Shown: positions 1 through 248 of the stretch, one piece after another
Layout: each line of letters opens with the position of its first letter
Position numbering within the stretch: the first letter of the stretch is position 1
Source: a phage
Sequence record: K01278.1
DNA length: 248 nt
Strand: one strand, 5' to 3'
The notes under the pieces: model-generated
Databases searched by the model: none
What the model was told of the DNA's origin: nothing
What the model saw: only the letters and a program-made list of their open reading frames with translations
Program-made: the position numbers and the translations under genes

Positions 1-31
1 CACTGTCGGCGAAGGTAAGTTGATGACTCAT
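1..31 (-). CDS. insH: IS5 transposase InsH, N-terminal fragment (first 10 codons, 5' partial; gene continues leftward out of window)
   Basis: Minus-strand ATG is the complement of 29-31. Translation ATG AGT CAT CAA CTT ACC TTC GCC GAC AGT gives M S H Q L T F A D S, the recalled N-terminus of IS5 InsH. A weak Shine-Dalgarno-like CAGGG lies 6 nt upstream of the ATG (complement of about 38-42). Confidence 0.8.
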   Translation of the reverse strand, partial: MSHQLTFADS

Positions 32-37
32 GATGAA

Positions 38-83
38 CCCTGTTCTATGGCTCCAGATGACAAACATGATCTCACATCAGGGA
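38..83 (-). promoter_or_regulatory. Leader / presumed promoter region of the IS5 transposase gene, between the terminal repeat and the insH start codon
   Basis: Positional inference only: about 68 bp lie between the terminal repeat and the ATG, and transposase promoters usually sit in this interval. No strong -35/-10 pair could be assigned (TTGTCA and TAGAAC-like hexamers are present but poorly spaced). A GATC site lies at 68-71. Confidence 0.3.
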
Positions 84-99
84 CTTGTTCGCACCTTCC
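84..99. repeat. IS5 terminal inverted repeat, left end, 16 bp (CTTGTTCGCACCTTCC on + strand = GGAAGGTGCGAACAAG on the transposase strand)
   Basis: Direct read of the sequence, compared with the remembered IS5 16-bp terminal repeat. The partner repeat at the other end of the element is outside the window, so the inverted pairing itself cannot be shown here. Confidence 0.75.
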
Positions 100-103
100 C
101 TAA
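100..103. other. CTAA tetranucleotide immediately abutting the IS5 terminus: presumptive target site / one copy of the 4-bp target-site duplication
   Basis: IS5 is known to insert at YTAR (typically CTAA) sites and generate a 4-bp duplication. CTAA directly follows the terminal repeat. The second copy at the far end of the element is not in the window. Confidence 0.6.
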
Positions 104-112
104 GTGATCCCC

Positions 113-158
113 ATGTAATGAATAAAAAGCAGTAATTAATACATCTGTTTCATTTGAA
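113..158. promoter_or_regulatory. AT-rich tract in the flanking intergenic DNA (candidate UP-element or nucleoid-protein binding region)
   Basis: ATGTAATGAATAAAAAGCAGTAATTAATACATCTGTTTCATTTGAA is strongly A+T-rich, with A-tracts and TAAT repeats, and every frame on both strands is closed by stops. Function is inferred from composition only. Confidence 0.3.
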
Positions 159-159
159 G

Positions 160-202
160 CGCGAAAGCTAAAGTTTTCGCATTTATCGTGAACGCTTTCG
201 CG
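160..202. promoter_or_regulatory. 9-bp inverted repeat CGCGAAAGC (160-168) ... GCTTTCGCG (194-202), 25-bp spacer: candidate regulator binding site(s)
   Basis: Exact reverse-complement pair read from the sequence. It is embedded in a cluster of the hexamer GCGAAA (161-166) / TTTCGC (175-180, 196-201) and the near-copy TTTCGT (205-210). The centre of symmetry (about 181) lies roughly 70 bp upstream of the transcription start predicted for the 218-245 promoter. Confidence 0.4.
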
Positions 203-217
203 TTTTTCGTGCGCCGC

Positions 218-245
218 TTCACAGTGGGTTACAGTGGGTTATAAA
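218..245 (+). promoter_or_regulatory. Sigma70-like promoter reading rightward out of the window: -35 TTCACA (218-223), 16-bp spacer, -10 TATAAA (240-245)
   Basis: Each hexamer matches consensus at 5 of 6 positions (TTGACA / TATAAT) with a 16-bp spacer. A GC-rich GCGCCGC lies just upstream. The predicted transcription start (about 252) and the driven gene are beyond the window. Prediction from sequence only. Confidence 0.4.
221..240. repeat. Perfect tandem direct repeat, 2 x ACAGTGGGTT (10 bp unit)
   Basis: 221-230 and 231-240 are identical, and base 241 (A) continues the unit by one nucleotide. The repeat forms most of the spacer between the -35 and -10 hexamers. Confidence 0.9.
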
Positions 246-248
246 AGC

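Larger units (their letters stand above)
1..99 (-). mobile_element. IS5: IS5 insertion sequence, left end (terminal inverted repeat, leader and 5' start of transposase gene); element continues beyond position 1
   Basis: Reverse complement of 1-99 reads GGAAGGTGCGAACAAGTCCCTGATGTGAGATCATGTTTGTCATCTGGAGCCATAGAACAGGGTTCATC-ATGAGTCATCAACTTACCTTCGCCGACAGTG. This matches my recollection of the IS5 left terminus (GGAAGGTGCGAA...) followed by the InsH start MSHQLTFADS. Recognition is from memory, not a database search. Confidence 0.85.

Noticed and set aside
74-76. Possible single-base difference from the canonical IS5 left end (CTGATGTGAG here versus my recollection of CTGATATGAG)
   Set aside because: My memory of the reference at that base is not reliable enough to call a variant; it needs alignment to a curated IS5 sequence such as ISfinder.
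23-103. Plus-strand ORF (ATG at 23, stop TAA 101-103; 26 codons, MTHDEPCSMAPDDKHDLTSGTCSHLP) as an independent protein-coding gene
   Set aside because: It is antisense to the 5' end of the well-supported transposase gene, very short, and its stop is supplied fortuitously by the target site. Kept as a low-interest observation rather than a CDS feature.
118-135. Tiny ORF ATG AAT AAA AAG CAG TAA (5 codons) in the flank
   Set aside because: Too short, no ribosome-binding site, and it lies in an AT-rich tract where ATG and TAA are expected by chance.
161-209. Rho-independent terminator from the hairpins GCGAAA...TTTCGC (161-180) or AACGC-TTTC-GCGTT (191-204) followed by T-runs
   Set aside because: Stems are only 5-6 bp and AT-containing, one loop is 8 nt, and the following T-tracts are short or interrupted. 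No upstream gene is oriented to terminate here, since IS5 is transcribed in the opposite direction.
183-223. Known-regulator sites: DnaA box (TTATCGTGA at 183-191 versus TTATCCACA), CRP site (CGTGA...TCGCG), PurR-like box
   Set aside because: Each matches its consensus at only about two-thirds of positions, which is no better than chance in this window.
1-248. RNA genes (tRNA, rRNA), CRISPR repeats, or a novel multi-gene defence or other system
   Set aside because: No cloverleaf-compatible structure, no repeat-spacer periodicity (the only tandem repeat is 2 x 10 bp with no spacers), and 248 bp holds no complete gene. The content is fully explained by an IS5 end plus a regulatory flank.

Overview
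This window is the junction between one end of an IS5-type insertion sequence and a non-coding, regulatory-looking flank. Positions 1-99 are the IS5 left end. The minus strand carries the first 10 codons of the transposase (MSHQLTFADS, start codon complement of 29-31), and the 16-bp terminal inverted repeat sits at 84-99. It abuts a CTAA tetranucleotide (100-103), the classic IS5 target. Positions 104-248 have no credible ORF on either strand. They contain an AT-rich tract, a 9-bp inverted repeat embedded in a cluster of GCGAAA/TTTCGC motifs, and a sigma70-like promoter (TTCACA-16 bp-TATAAA) at the 3' edge reading rightward out of the window. That promoter's spacer is built from a perfect 10-bp tandem duplication. 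I cannot identify the host locus from memory, and no search was possible. I see no evidence for a novel multi-gene system in 248 bp; the points worth checking are the IS5-promoter juxtaposition and the tandem duplication that sets the promoter spacing.
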